From Anthoceros angustus (Eukaryota; Plantae; Anthocerotophyta): DNA of 64,000 nt. This document shows positions 49,067-61,983 of the stretch, piece after piece. How positions within the stretch are numbered: the first letter of the stretch is position 1; the number at the start of each line of letters is the position of its first letter. The notes under the pieces are model-generated. The model searched no databases. It saw nothing but the letters and a program-made list of their open reading frames with translations, and was not told the origin of the DNA. The DNA lies in contig MU008182.1 of NCBI GenBank assembly GCA_010909165.1, positions 682,001 to 746,000 of the forward strand, written 5' to 3'. The translations under genes and the position numbers were made by a program.

Positions 49067-52000
49067 ACTCCGCCACCACCGCCCACCTTCAGATTTCCAC
49101 TACCCACAAACTTGTCTGCCAGGGCCGCTCGCTCAAGGTACGAATGGAAGCAGTAAACCTTGACATTGTGGCCCTTGTTCTTGTGCTGCACTTCATCAAA
49201 CAAAGGTTGCCTCACGGCTCCTTGTGTTATCAGGTATAACTTTGTTGAGCTCCTGAATGCTTTGATAGGCAGGCTTTGGAGCTCCTATATTGATGGCTCT
49301 CCCAGACCTTCTCCAATTAGACTAGGTAGTATTTTAGTCTCAGCAGCTCCTTCCTCCTTCGGCTGCAGCCAGCCTTCTCTCTGCTTGCCTCTGCCCGTTA
49401 GTGTGTGTGCCTCACACTGGCCCATGATGAAAGGTCTTTCCCTCCTGTCTCTGTCATAACGGCATAACGGCAAGTGCCTCTCTTGGACACTACCTCCTGC
49501 TATCCTCATGTCGTCGTCTGTCCTCCTCCATCTTCTTCAACCCCTTTATAGTTTTCCATCCCTGCACCAGACTACACTTTGTGAATAATGTGCCGGGCGT
49601 CACACCCTGTGTTTCTGTGTACTTCTTTATAGCTTCGTGAACACCCCCGTTGTATTCTTAGATCTCAGTATGTATGTCGATTCCAAGTCAGCCTGTGGCA
49701 AACAAATAGCAGCCCACTCTGTATACAATTTGTTGGTTGCGTAGATAGTAGTGTATAGTGTGCGGTGGTGATGTATCACTACTTTATTCTTTGGAGGGTG
49801 ATCACTCGCTCTTCGTGCATTTGATTGTATAGATTATTTTGGGTGCAATATACGTGAGCTCGCAATTCAGAAATGGCGTTTTAGTACCTAAAAAAGCTGA
49901 TGAGTGGAGCGCTATGTCCGAACGCTGGGTCTCTCAATTTGTCGCACAGAGGCTGGTTCCTGGAACTGGGGACTCTGTCCTTCATCAGTATAAATAGCCC
50001 TCTGAACAAAAGAGTCTTTCCTTACCATGGAGATGATAAAGCACATTCATCAGGTCTGCAGCCAAAAGAACCAACAGTCGATGATCAAACAGATTCTGAA
50101 CACGGTAACGCATGAGCATACCGACAACACACTCGAGATGGCTGAGAAGGACGAGTGTACGTTTCGTCGTGTAGTAGGGAGGCAACGTTTTCGGATGGAT
50201 GATTCAACAGTCACATGCGCGAACTTTTCATCACAGCATGTGATACTGTCCTGGTGGATGTAACATAATACATGTAGTAAATTGGTCCGCTTGCAACAAT
50301 GAAGCTGTACCGAATGCCCAGACCGCCGGCTTGGTACTGAATGCTGCACATACACATCATGTATGTACGTACGTGGCAGCGTTGTATGAGGCGGAAGGCT
50401 CTCACAAACTAGTACTGTATATGTGTGTACTGGGTGCGGTAGGACAGCTAGGTCTTGTGCACCTGAACCTGAAGATCTTGCGATCACTCCTCGTGGTCGT
50501 ACAAGGAATTGATAAAAAGGCAAGGCATCCCATGAGCATAGCCAGGAGCAGTGCAGAAACTGTGAAGAAGTCTAATACAAGCATGAAGCCATGCTGCAGC
50601 CATGGCCAGCTATCAGTCGCAAAAGCACATGCCGAGCACCAGCACTTGCAGTATCTTGGTTTCTAGCTTGGAAGGAAATGAAGGTTCCATCGTGCAAGAC
50701 GAGAGTCCGCCAGTAGCTGAGCAACGAGTTGCACCGGGTTGTGAGTAGGAACGTTGTATGCCACCGGAAATCAAACTGGGGGTGCAGTGCATTATAGCAA
50801 AAGGGCACTGGCTGCATCATGAGAATGCATCCACTATAGGGAAGCACTAGAAATGGTCCATAGGTGGGAGCTCTAACTTGTAGCTCAGGGGAGACATGGA
50901 GGAGGAAGTGCGTAGCAATATGCATACGCATATCATAAGCACAAGGCCCGACCTATGTCACGTCGTCACGAGGAAGGATTTGCCTAGCATGTGTCCAGTT
51001 TCAAGTCTTCAATCTTGTAGTCAGGATTACGCTGAACACTCTTACCTGTAGGGCACGTTGTTTGTGCTAAATCTCCGTGTGGTGAAGACTATTGCTTGGC
51101 CTCGAGATCACTACATCGAAGCCGATGATCCGGCTAGCTTTCGACAGTTCCATGTCACAGCCATGAAGCAGAAACATTACATTGTGAGGACCGCACCTCT
51201 TCTCAGATCAATGGCTGAATGTGTCAGATGGGCACAAAACGGAGGAAATCAACAGCAATACCCCGAAACAGGGAGCACTTTGTCACCCAGTTGCCAGCCC
51301 AAATCCGGAGCCGGAGGAGTGTCTTAACTGAGGGAGTACAAATTCACAATTCTTCCGGTTCTTTTTCCCCTATATACTTGCTCAGTGCAACCTGGACTGG
51401 GTGTTCTTCGACTGAAGTGGACACAGACGGGGCGGTGGAATTGCCCTCTTCTCTTTTCGAACGAAACACCTTTCTAACTTTCAACTTGCAAGATTTGAAA
51501 CAGGGGTCACGATGTTGCTTTTGGGCCCCTCGCATGTGATGACGAGGGGACCAGCATACGAGAAGGCTCGACAAGTTGATGTCGCCTTGCATAATTTAGG
51601 GATGATCTTGATGGGGTGAGGATGAGTGGAGGGCTGCAATTTCAGATTGTTGTTAGGATAGGGGTTGCCACCGGTCATCATCTCGGCAAGCTCTACAGAC
51701 ACGACCAGCCTGTGTGGGCAGGTTGGTGCAATTGTTGTTGATAACAGTCTAACAGTGCAAATTATTTCGGAATGGCAGGCACTGCCATCATTCCACGACC
51801 TCCAGGGCCAGCATCATGGCATTCCTCATAACCTCTTGCAGCATCTCCCTCCCCAAATGTATTGGAACGTGTAGTGTGCACCAGCTGGACCACTACACGA
51901 CACAGTTCAGGAAGTACACAAGTCACATTTCAGAAGTACCCGGTTTTAACAAGAACAAGCCTTGAAAAACAGGCCAGTTCAGACTTAAACCTCGGAACGC

Positions 52001-52112
52001 TGAAAGCACGGCATCCTGCCTCATGACATCTTGCTGCCTCAACCTACAGTGGCAGCATCATGGTATTCCTCGAAACCTGTTCCAACAGTCTCCTTCCCAA
52101 AATGTACATATA

Positions 52113-52653
52113 CAGTCCACCCCCCCTAATTGGGACTGGTTCGGAGTGCCTTTAGAGGTCCCATTAAGGGAGGTGTCCCGATTATATTTTCCCTATTTTA
52201 AAATAATAAAAATATTATAAACTCTAAAAAAACAAAAAATACCCCAAAAAAGAAAATTTTAAATTTTGATTGATAGGTTTCACTAAAAATAACTTTTACC
52301 ACTTCTTTGTATAGTTGTTTGAAAGCTAGCGCTCTCTCAAAGCAACATCAAAAAACCTCTACCTATCATAAAGGAAAAAGCTTAGTTTAAGAGTCTTCAA
52401 TCACACCTAAAAGTCTATTGTTCTCTGAAATAATGGATTCTTTTTTCTTTCTTTTCTTAATTTTTTTTAGTAAAAAAATTAGAAATCCCATTTAGGGAGG
52501 TGAAACTAACATGAATGTATGTTTCAAAAGGTCCCAATTATCATTTAGGGAAAAGTCCCATTTATTACATTGTAAACTAAAGGGAGTTGGATGGGAGGTC
52601 CCATTTAGAGAGGAATCCCATTTATAGAGTTCCCAATTAGGGGGGGCCGACTG
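52113..52653. mobile_element. MITE, Tc1/mariner(pogo)-like, complete
   Basis: TA|CAGTCCACCCCCCCTAATTGGGA ... TCCCAATTAGGGGGGGCCGACTG|TA; AT-rich, non-coding interior. Confidence 0.88.
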
Positions 52654-54183
52654 TATATTGGAACTCCTCCGGCGCTCAGCTGGTGCACACTACACGTCAC
52701 AGTTCAGGAAGTACACGAGTCACAAGTCACAAGTCAGGAAGTACACTGTCTGGACAAGAACAAGGAAGAACAAGCCAGTTGAGAATTAAACCCCAGATCT
52801 ATGAAACCACGGCATCTCGCTTGATTACATCTTCCTATCTCATTGATTGAACTACTTTAGACGAAGATGATTCAAGACCTACACTAAGAGGCAATAGGTA
52901 GTATAGCATGCCGTTTGGGACATGCAGAAGTTTCACCCCTTTTCTTTTTGTGATATCCCTCCTTGACATTCCAACTGGCTGTGTCCACCGACTTAAAACT
53001 CCAATGTGGCGGGCCACCGGTGGCACGCCAAGTGGTGACCGAGGCGCAAGGCAGGAGGAGGAGCTACTCTGACGAGGAGGTGATTTGACATTCATCCGTG
53101 AGGCATGATGATTATTACTCTGACGATGTCGACTTGGGCTCACGACCCTTCGACTTGGGATACAATTTGCGATTACCATCTGACCACTTTGAATCCTTCG
53201 GAAGCACTCCAAATCAGTTGCGGAGAACGCGGACGATCTTATGGATGTCATGCTGCGATATGTAGGGCTAGCATAAGGAGTTCTAGGTTAATTCGCGCAT
53301 GTGGGTATAAATGCGTGGTAACTGAAAGCACGATTATAGTGTGCCGGTGCTCATGTGAATAGGGCGCCAGTAGATTTAGGCTTTTGGTTGAGAATCCGCG
53401 CATGAATGATGAGGCGAACAAGGTTATCGAGGAGTGATGGCGGGAGCGGGAGAGAATCAGGCAGTTGGCACGACATGGAGACCGATGAGACGGGGACGAG
53501 CTTAAGAGGTCCTGTGTTAGTAGCCAAGAGTCAGTTGTGAGAGTATGTAGCTACGAAAGCGCGGTCACGATACTAGCTCAGCAGCCGCTCACGATTGTCA
53601 TTCTTTTCTATGCAATTCAATTCTGTTGGAATAATAGGTTGCATGATCGAGTGAGCATGAGCCCACATTTTGCACGTTGCTGATGCGCGTTTTTTGTGGA
53701 CTAGGGAACTCTCCACACATCTTGAGCGGATGCTGATGCATTTAGCTCGAACCTCTATGAGGCCTGACAATTATGTCAGGATTCTTGTTTTGTTTTGCGG
53801 TTATAAACTTTAGACTACGGAATGGGAGTGACCGACGCGCTGACTTAGCATGGTTTGGAAGGTGTGTTATGATGTGTCACTGGAATGCATGGTTGTAGTC
53901 TGGATGGTATTATATGACACATGACTGGCTGATACTGATGTCATCACGACATGGAGCCGAATGGCTTGGACTCACCCTTCACATCCACCAACGGGCAATT
54001 TGGCCATCACCACTTTAAGCACTCCTACACCGCCTTCGACCACGAGGCTGCTTAGCAGCCTTCCTATATTAATTCCTTCTGGGCGGAGTGTCATACCGAC
54101 TTCAACAATGGGCTCGACTTCTCTACCAACGAGCAACCTAATGGCAAGATCTTCCAAACGAACAAAGGAGACATGGCCTCTAC

Positions 54184-55403
54184 ACCTTCACAGATGAGGA
54201 CACGGGCAAGCCACCCAACAACAGACTTGTTTTGCCTCATCCGGAGTAGATGCAGCCTGAGGAAGGTTTTGGTGTGTCTACAGTTGGGAGGCTGTGCCAT
54301 GAGCATGCTCATGGCACCATGTCAACGAGCTCGGACCAATCAAGCCTTAGCGGCCCCGATCCACGAACTCCGGTCACTACACCATTCACCACCTTGGTGG
54401 TGCTCTATAGCTGCATCCACCCTTTCGAGTTTTAAGTCATTTGGACCACGGCCAGTTTGGTGTGTCAATGGGGAACATCACCAAAAAAAGGGGTAAAACT
54501 TCTGGATGTCCCAAACGGCATGCCATACAATAGACAGTCCACGGGAGTCCTGTCCAAAACTGAAGGCACAAGAGCTCGGCGAAGTTGGATGTTCATTTCG
54601 CAATTAGATTATAGACCTCCGAGAACCTAAATAAAAAAAATAGAAAATCGTATCCCGCTCACGGTATTCGTTTGGTAGAAGGCAAGGGTGACCTAGTGGT
54701 CCGAGAGCACAGGGTTCCCCCACCTATGGGCACCGGTGACCGTAAATGATCACTTATAGTCACCCCATGCCTCGCTCATGGTCACCTCTCCCAACCTTCA
54801 CGATGAGGACACGGGCAAGCCACCCAACAACAGACTTGTTTTGCCTCATCCGGAGTAGATGCAGCCTGAGGAAGGTTTTGGTGTGTCTACAGTTGGGAGG
54901 CTGTGCCATGAGCATGCTCATGGCACCATGTCAACAGGCTCAGCAGCCAATCAAGCCTTCGCGGCCCCCGATCACGAACTCCCGGTCACTACCCCGGTCA
55001 CCCTGCCAAGCTGGTGCTCTAGCTGGCTGCATCCACCACGCTCGAGTTTTAAGTCGCTGGACACGGCCAGTTTGGTGTGTCAATGGGGAACATCACCAAA
55101 AAAAGGGGTAAAACTTCTGGATGTCCCCAAGATGCATACAATAGGCAGCCCACGGAGTCCTGTCCAAAACTGAAGGCACAAGAGCTCGTGGAAGTTGGAT
55201 GTTCATTTCGCAATTAGATTATAGACCTCCGAGAACCTAAATAAAAAATAGAAAATCGATCCGCTCACAGTATTACGTTTGGTAGAAGGCAAGGGTGACC
55301 TAGTGGTCCGAGAGCAGGTTCCCCACCTATGGATGATGGTGAAATCAGACTTATAGTCACCCCATGCCTCGCTCATGGTCACCTCTCTCCCCAACCCCTT
55401 CAC
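54184..55403. repeat. ~610-bp direct tandem duplication
   Basis: ACCTTCAC(A)GATGAGGACACGGGC at 54184 and 54794; differences are indel-dominated. Confidence 0.92.
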
Positions 55404-55783
55404 GGCTTCTCTCCCGTGCTCTCAAAGCGCTTTCGCATGTGCCCGGCTCCAGTTTCGGGTGACACTACACGACAGAATCCGTATGGAAAATCTCTATATT
55501 AAGCATATGGAAGAGTCTCCCTATGTGTGCGGTGCCTAGGCCATTTTTAGGTAGGTATACATTTTCCGATTTGATCTCTTCCTTGCAGGAGCATCTTGCA
55601 AACAGCTAAGAGAGAAGACATGGATCGTCACCACGCTGGTGATGCGAAGGAATAGACCAAATCTGCAGCCCTCCGATGGGCTGCAATTGCTAGGTCATGT
55701 GCAGCACAATGCGTTTCACGAACTCCTTGGCAATGTCAAGAGAAGTGGGATTCTTTATTTTGCGATTACCAGAAGATCAGTGA

Positions 55784-56302
55784 TTACCCAAAAAGCCATT
55801 CCTTCTGGACAGAATGGGTATGGGTATTGGAATCTGGAGCAAGTCGGGAGCACACATATTCAAAGGAACTTGGACTAAATCGAAAAAACATCGCAAATCT
55901 GGTAGCATTCTCCCTTGCAAAATGAGAATTATAAAGTAAGAAAATGCCTTCAACTTGAGGTTTGATATAGAATTCACCATACATGATACCATTCAGTAGT
56001 CGAGACGTGAAGCCTGCCAAATCGGGAAGAAGGGCTTGCAATGCTAAGATCTCCAACACCACAGACTGTACGGCCATGTCCAATTCCTCTTTGGAGTGTT
56101 CAAGCACCTGAGACGATACACCATAAAATGACCTATGCAGTCGAGTGGCATTGGATTGCAATCGATGGACATCTGCAATGATAGTCGCCGAGGCTCCAAG
56201 TAGTGGCACCAATCTTTCCATCGCGAGGTCTACAATAGGAAGAGTCGGGGAGACTGTGTGTGAGGTCTGCAACAAAGTGAGCTGGGGAGATTGTGTGCTC
56301 AA
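55784..56302 (-). pseudogene. Probable PIF/Harbinger transposase N-terminal fragment
   Basis: RFAMFFRFSPSSFEYVCSRLAP resembles the FxxxFRMSxxxFxxLxxxLxP motif. No DDE core is visible. Confidence 0.5.
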
Positions 56303-56759
56303 GTGTCACTGGGCAACCTACAGGTCCAGGTTCCCGTGTTTTTTCTTGCGGGCATAGGCGAACGTGCCGGAGCCGATAAGCTGGCTTTTTCCGGAACCGG
56401 AACCGGAACCAGGCACATGCGAAATCGGTCTCAAGGAGAGATTAGAACCCGCAGTACAGGATTGTGATAGTGGTAGGGAAAAAAAAAACTTGCCTTTAAA
56501 ATAAAAGGTGTCTTCACGGGTCGCTGGACCCCGCACTACTGGCATATGGAATAAGACAGAACGAAACTTGATGGTGTTCCTGTGTGGAGCCCGCCTGACC
56601 TGGTTTGCCTCACACTCCGAGCCCGCTCCATTCCATTTTCTTTCCGGGAATATTTTTATTAGGTTGAAACATAGTTGGAGGATTCTGAAAAACATCAATA
56701 TGAAGTTGGAGCATTGCAATCAAAATTTAATTGCATGCTATGTTTTAACAAAATTTTGT

Positions 56760-59475
56760 TGTGTTTAGGGTGATCCACCACAAAAGAACATAGATAGAGA
56801 TGGTTACCCATGGCAGCCGAGAGGCATGAGAATTATTGGCGCTTCCAGACAGATTCTCAATAGACGAACGAGGAAGCAGCTGTTTAGCATAGGGGAGATG
56901 TTCAGCAAGGTAGACATAGGAGCCACCAAGAGGAGAGTTGAATTCTTGAAGACGGAGGCGGAGAAGACAAGAACCTATCAAGCAGAAATGCGGGTGGCGG
57001 CGGAGACCAGTAGCGGGGAGGATGTTATGAGGATGGAAGCTCAAGTGGAGCACTTGGAAAGAGTCTTGAGGCAGAGGCTACGGAGCAAACCATCATATTC
57101 GGAGAACAAGGCTCTTACCAAGCAATTGGCAGCTCGAGAGGAGAAGGTGGAGCAACTTGCTCACATGATGCGTACATGGGAAAAGAAGGCAGAAGACAAG
57201 CAAGTGCTGCTAATGGAGGAAAGGTCAAGACGAGAGCAATCTCGCAATGAGGACAAGACAAAGGCAAGTAGGCGACATGAGCGGTCATAGCCACAGTGTG
57301 AAGATTAGTGACATGGAAAAGGAGCGGGAGAAACCACGAGGCTGGAATTGAAGGAAGAAGAGCTGGAAGAACGGACACATTTTGTCCAAAGATTGGAAAT
57401 GGAACGAGAAGTCCAAAGAACGGAGAATGCACAACTCCCTAGGAGGATGGGGGAGTTGGAGGAAGAAATGGCGAGGGAGAAAGGCCGTCATGAGGCGGTC
57501 GTGCAGCATATGTTGGCGGTGAGGGAGCAGAGATTCCGGGCCGATTATGCCCTACAAGAGAGATTGATCCGCCAACCGCAATGAGAGGACGGAGAATGTG
57601 GCTCTCCATGTCAAGACCGGTGAGCTGGCCTTGAGCGAGATGCTTACAAAAGCAAGTGTGAGCATGGAGTATGGCTTGAGGATTACGAAGAATTGGAGAT
57701 GGCACAACAACGATTTGCAGCCCATCTTCACAACAAGGTGCTCAAGGCCACTAACGAGTTGTTGCGACTTGCCGAGAGGAGGATGTTGGGACCTCATGAC
57801 GATGATAGGGGAGGCCCTCATGCAAGTCCAACCGAAGCCTTAGACTTGGAGAGTGTCCCAAGCAACAGGGTGGAGAAACTTCGCACTGTGAGAAGCAAGG
57901 AAGGGGAAGCCATGTGGAGAGAATCACCCTGTGAAGGGGTAAGGAAGAAGAAACGACCGGTAGGAACTCCTACTGTAGGAGGAGTTCCTACCGTGGTAGG
58001 AGGGACTCCTACCGGTAGGAGAAGGTCCTACCATGGTAGGAGGGCCGGAAGAAGCGGATTCAAAGGTCGCTAGCATGGATTTGACGGCAAGGGAGGCGAG
58101 TACCTTGGCCCTTGCAGGAAGAAGGAAGAGGGGTTGATCTTGCAGAATGGAGCAAGAATCACAAGGAGAAGACCAACCTCCCAACATGGGTGCAGAGTAA
58201 GGAGCTCACTTGCTCCACAAGTGAGAGGAAGAGGAGAAGGCGAGGATGAGCCGGTGGCTAAGAGAGCCCGGCTATTTTATTGGAGGAAGGAACTCAAGAT
58301 AGGCATCAAGATAAGGAAGGGATTCATAAGAAGTCCTTAAATTAGCTTGAAGACATGGGGCAAGATGCCACTTGGGAAGACTTTTCTTTAGAGGAGGACA
58401 GCATTAATGCTTGTCACCAAGAGAGTGTGTTGACTAGCTAGATAGGAATGTTGACAGAGCCATTAAGGCTCACATAGGTGAATTTGCTAGAATAGAATTT
58501 TACCCAAGATGCTTGGATGTCGAACTTAAAGTCCAATAGGATACACTAAAATAAGGAGGAGGCGCTGGAGGGCGCCTGTGGGAGGCTGTATGTGAGGACC
58601 TCCCTATAAAAGGAGGGAGCTTGTGAAGTAAAATTATCGTGTCTTGCGCCCCATCCTCCCGAGTCCTTCACTTTGTGTGCAGAATTTCGTCCGCAAGCCA
58701 ACGCAGGTCCGTAGAGAGGAGAACGCGGAGGCTGGAGGGCGCCTTGCTTGTTTTTGCGCCCGCCACCGCCTCCCTTGTGAATGGTTGTCAGGTGAATTGT
58801 TTTGCTTTGAGTGTGTGGCGATGCTCAAGGAACTCTCGGCTTGAGGGTAGACAGGAAAGACTCGGAGGTTCTCGCTGCAAACCACAGCAACCGCCCAAGG
58901 AAGAACTCACACTTCCTGGACGACCTGTGCGCAGCCGTAAGGGCGAGTTGGAATTAATGAGCCAGCAATTGGTGTTAGAGTAGGAGATTGTGGAGGAAGG
59001 AAGGGTAGATGAGTAGAGAAGAAGAGGGCGTTGTTGATTGAGAGAGTTGTGAGGAGAATTAGAGTGTAGGAAAACTAAGGCTGTGCAGAGCCTAAGGGAC
59101 GAATCCCAACTGCAAGTAAGAGGGCGCCCCTGTGGAGAAGAGTGTCTTAGGAGTAGGGACGGTTGCGGTGTGGGTCGGGGGTCCCTGGCGCCCGATGATA
59201 CGCCGCTAAGACGTGACCTGCAATTGTGTGGTGTCGTTGTAGGTCGAGGATTGGTGAATTTTACGGGCTGCAAGCGGTGGGGCCGAGAGGAGGAGAGGGC
59301 GCCTTGCTTGTTTAGAAGGCTGAGGTAGTGTGTAGTTGCAGGCAGTGATTGATGTCTCAAGAGCCGACCGTTCCACAAGTCTCATGGGACGAAACCCAAT
59401 GTACGAAACAACAGTGGGATAAGTGTGGCCGGTAGAGGGTGCATCTCGGAAGCCCCGAGATCTGCCTCCCACACA
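56760..59475 (+). mobile_element. 3' part of a probable Ty3/Gypsy LTR element: decayed coiled-coil extra ORF, PPT-like tract and ~1.06-kb LTR (58412-59475)
   Basis: E/K/R-rich ORFs 56826..58073, purine tract AGAGGAGGA at ~58390, candidate LTR TGTCACC...CACACA with CCCTATAAAAGG at ~58602. No pol and no partner LTR in the window. Confidence 0.55.
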
Positions 59476-59494
59476 TGCTCAAGAACCACCCCAA

Positions 59495-59661
59495 GCACTT
59501 TGGTCTTTTAATGTTTTTCTTATTTTTAACAACGAGTTTTACAAGCTACGTTGTAAAGCAGATCCTCCGCCTTTACTAGCACTTTGGTCTTTTTATGTTT
59601 TTCTTATTTTTAACAACGAGTTTTACAACCTACGTTGTAAAGCAGATCCTCCACCTTTACT
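59495..59661. repeat. Tandem duplication of ~84 bp
   Basis: GCACTTTGGTCTTTT..GATCCTCC(G/A)CCTTTACT occurs twice. Confidence 0.9.
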
Positions 59662-61656
59662 GGGAGTAGAACGGAATTCCAGAATTATAAATTTAAAAGA
59701 AAACCGAACTTCTATCATGAATTAGCCACTGATGTAACAAGATATAGCCTTGTTGTAAAACATTGGAGTTTTTCAGCCAAATAAATTCCAAATGAGCCCG
59801 TAGTAAAATTCGTTTAGGCACAATTTGAGCCTAGGCCTTGGTTTTTAAGTTAATAAAAGCATCTCTATTCTTGTAGTCCAAGTCTTTCATATAAACTGGA
59901 TCCACCTCGCATCCACATGTTCCACATCGCATTGAAAACCTCCTTTACCACATTGCATTCCCTTTTGGCCTCTCCATACAGCTTTGTCCCAAGTGATCCC
60001 TAAAACGGTGAGAACAGAAGGGGATGCATCTTGGATGACCCCAACCTAGGCTCGTTTGGCGGACATGACTAAGGAACATAACTCCTCCACCTTACTAGAA
60101 CCTTGGAGGTCTCCTCCAAAATGTCTGATGATAGATGAGTTGATCCAGTGTCACCTGAGTTTTATAAAGTAAATATTTTTCCTCTTATTATATAGAGACA
60201 AATCATAAATGACCATTATGGATTGAAGACCGATAGCGGCTTTTCAGTTCAATCTGAAGGAGAAATAGCATGCTGCAGCGCCGGGTACAGCATTTAAAGG
60301 CTTGCATTTCAACTTTCGAGGAGAAGCACCCAGTCGTGTCGTGACTAGATGCTCGTTGCTTTCAAATACATAACTTGAAGAACCTGCCATAGTCCCCGAG
60401 GGAGAAGCGGCGGGACAGACGCACCTGGCAAAAGAATCCCAGTGTGAAGTTGAACGTGAACACTAAATAAGCCGTCTTGGATCATACAATATGGAAGTTG
60501 AAGAAAACTGTGCGGGAGGCGCGTTACATAAATGAGGCCCGGGTTGCAGGACAGGCGAGCAATTAGGGCAGCAGCGCATGTTGCGCAGCGAGGAGCGGTA
60601 GCTGGCCTTAAAAAACAAGGCAACAAGGAGAAATAAATAGGTGCAGTGTCTGACAAGGCGGGCCGGCGGGTCGGCGTGACCCACAAACTCTGCACCCAAT
60701 AGCTGTAAGGATCTAGATCTGGCAGCGCGGAGCCCGGGACGTTCCGTGGCCCTCCCCGTCCCCGGCCCGCCCGCCATCATTGCCATGCCCGGCCCCTCCC
60801 CCCATGCATGCATGCCATGCAGCATGGTCATGCATATCCATGCACCGCCCATCGCACCTGCCCTGCAGCCTGCTGCTAGCCGACAGAGCCACCAATATCT
60901 CCTCATCATTCCCTCCCACGCGGCTTGCTTGTGCAGTCAACATTCCCCATGTCATGTCCTGCTTCTAGGGTTTGGCTGCGACACTATCCCATGTGGTCAC
61001 ATGTGGCTGCAGGTTCGCCCGGCCCGGCCCGGCCCGGCCCGGCGCCCCATCCCCATCCGCATCCCCATCCCCATCCCCATCCTGATCCCGATCCCGATCG
61101 TGACCGAGACGACGAGTGCCGACTCTACTCCCAGAGACGCCCAGCGCATTCCATGGTGGAAGGACGAAACGCTGGCAACGAGCCAACCGAATTTCGCGCA
61201 CGTAAATTAACACTTCTTGTGTGGCCGGAGATGCCTGTGTGGGCGCACATGCTCTCTCTGGATTTGTGTCGGGAACGGGAACGGGAACGTGATTTCGTTT
61301 GAATCCAATTTGCACCAACTTTCAAGCCCGTAACTGAACTTCCCGCAATCATAGCCCGCCATGTCGGTCGCGAAACGGATCATCAAGCCAATGGCCGCCC
61401 GAGCGCCGGAGCCGTGAATCGTGAGACGGCCCAAAGGCCTCGCCTTGGCGCCGCGTAATTGGCGGGAGAGGGGTTATTGCAGGACACATCTTCTCTCCGA
61501 TGCCGAGGCCTGGTCGTGGAGATTTTTGGAGATGGCGGGGGCCCTATGCAGCTCGCACCCGAGATTGAGTTGGCCCGGTGGCCGCGGCGCCAGCGGCGGA
61601 CTGGCGGGAGGGGGACGAATCTGCCGGATTCGCCTGCCCGCCTCCGGCCTTCGTCT

Positions 61657-61778
61657 TTGTGGGCGCTTCTGGTGATTTTGTGGGCGCTTCGAGTGATTTC
61701 GTGGGCGCTCCTCCGGGTGGTGTTGTGGGCGCTTCTTCGGGTGGTGTTGTGGGCGCTCCTTCGGGTGGTTTTGTGGGC
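61657..61778 (+). repeat. 21-24-bp minisatellite upstream of the last gene
   Basis: TTGTGGGCGCT(T/C)CT..GGTG(G/A)T, about 6 copies. Confidence 0.88.
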
Positions 61779-61983
61779 AGCAGGGATCCTCGAGGGCGGG
61801 GGAATGCTGGGCCTGCCTCGGGGCCTGGCCGCAGCGCTCTCGCTTGCTTCCTGCAGCTGGGAGGAGGCGATGGGGAAGGTGCCACTTCCGTTTCCGCATT
61901 GCGGTGCCGGGCCCCCCGGAGGCTGGGGATTTCTGTGAGGATCGGTGGGAGGAAGGGCGGGGATTGGAGAGCAGGAGGAAGGG

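Noticed and set aside
49900-51700. Possible transposase or gene remnants
   Set aside because: Short ORFs with no motif I can assign.
61459-61938. Hydrophobic LWALLRVV-repeat ORF as a membrane protein
   Set aside because: It derives from a 21-24-bp minisatellite and has a non-ATG start; more likely upstream or UTR sequence.
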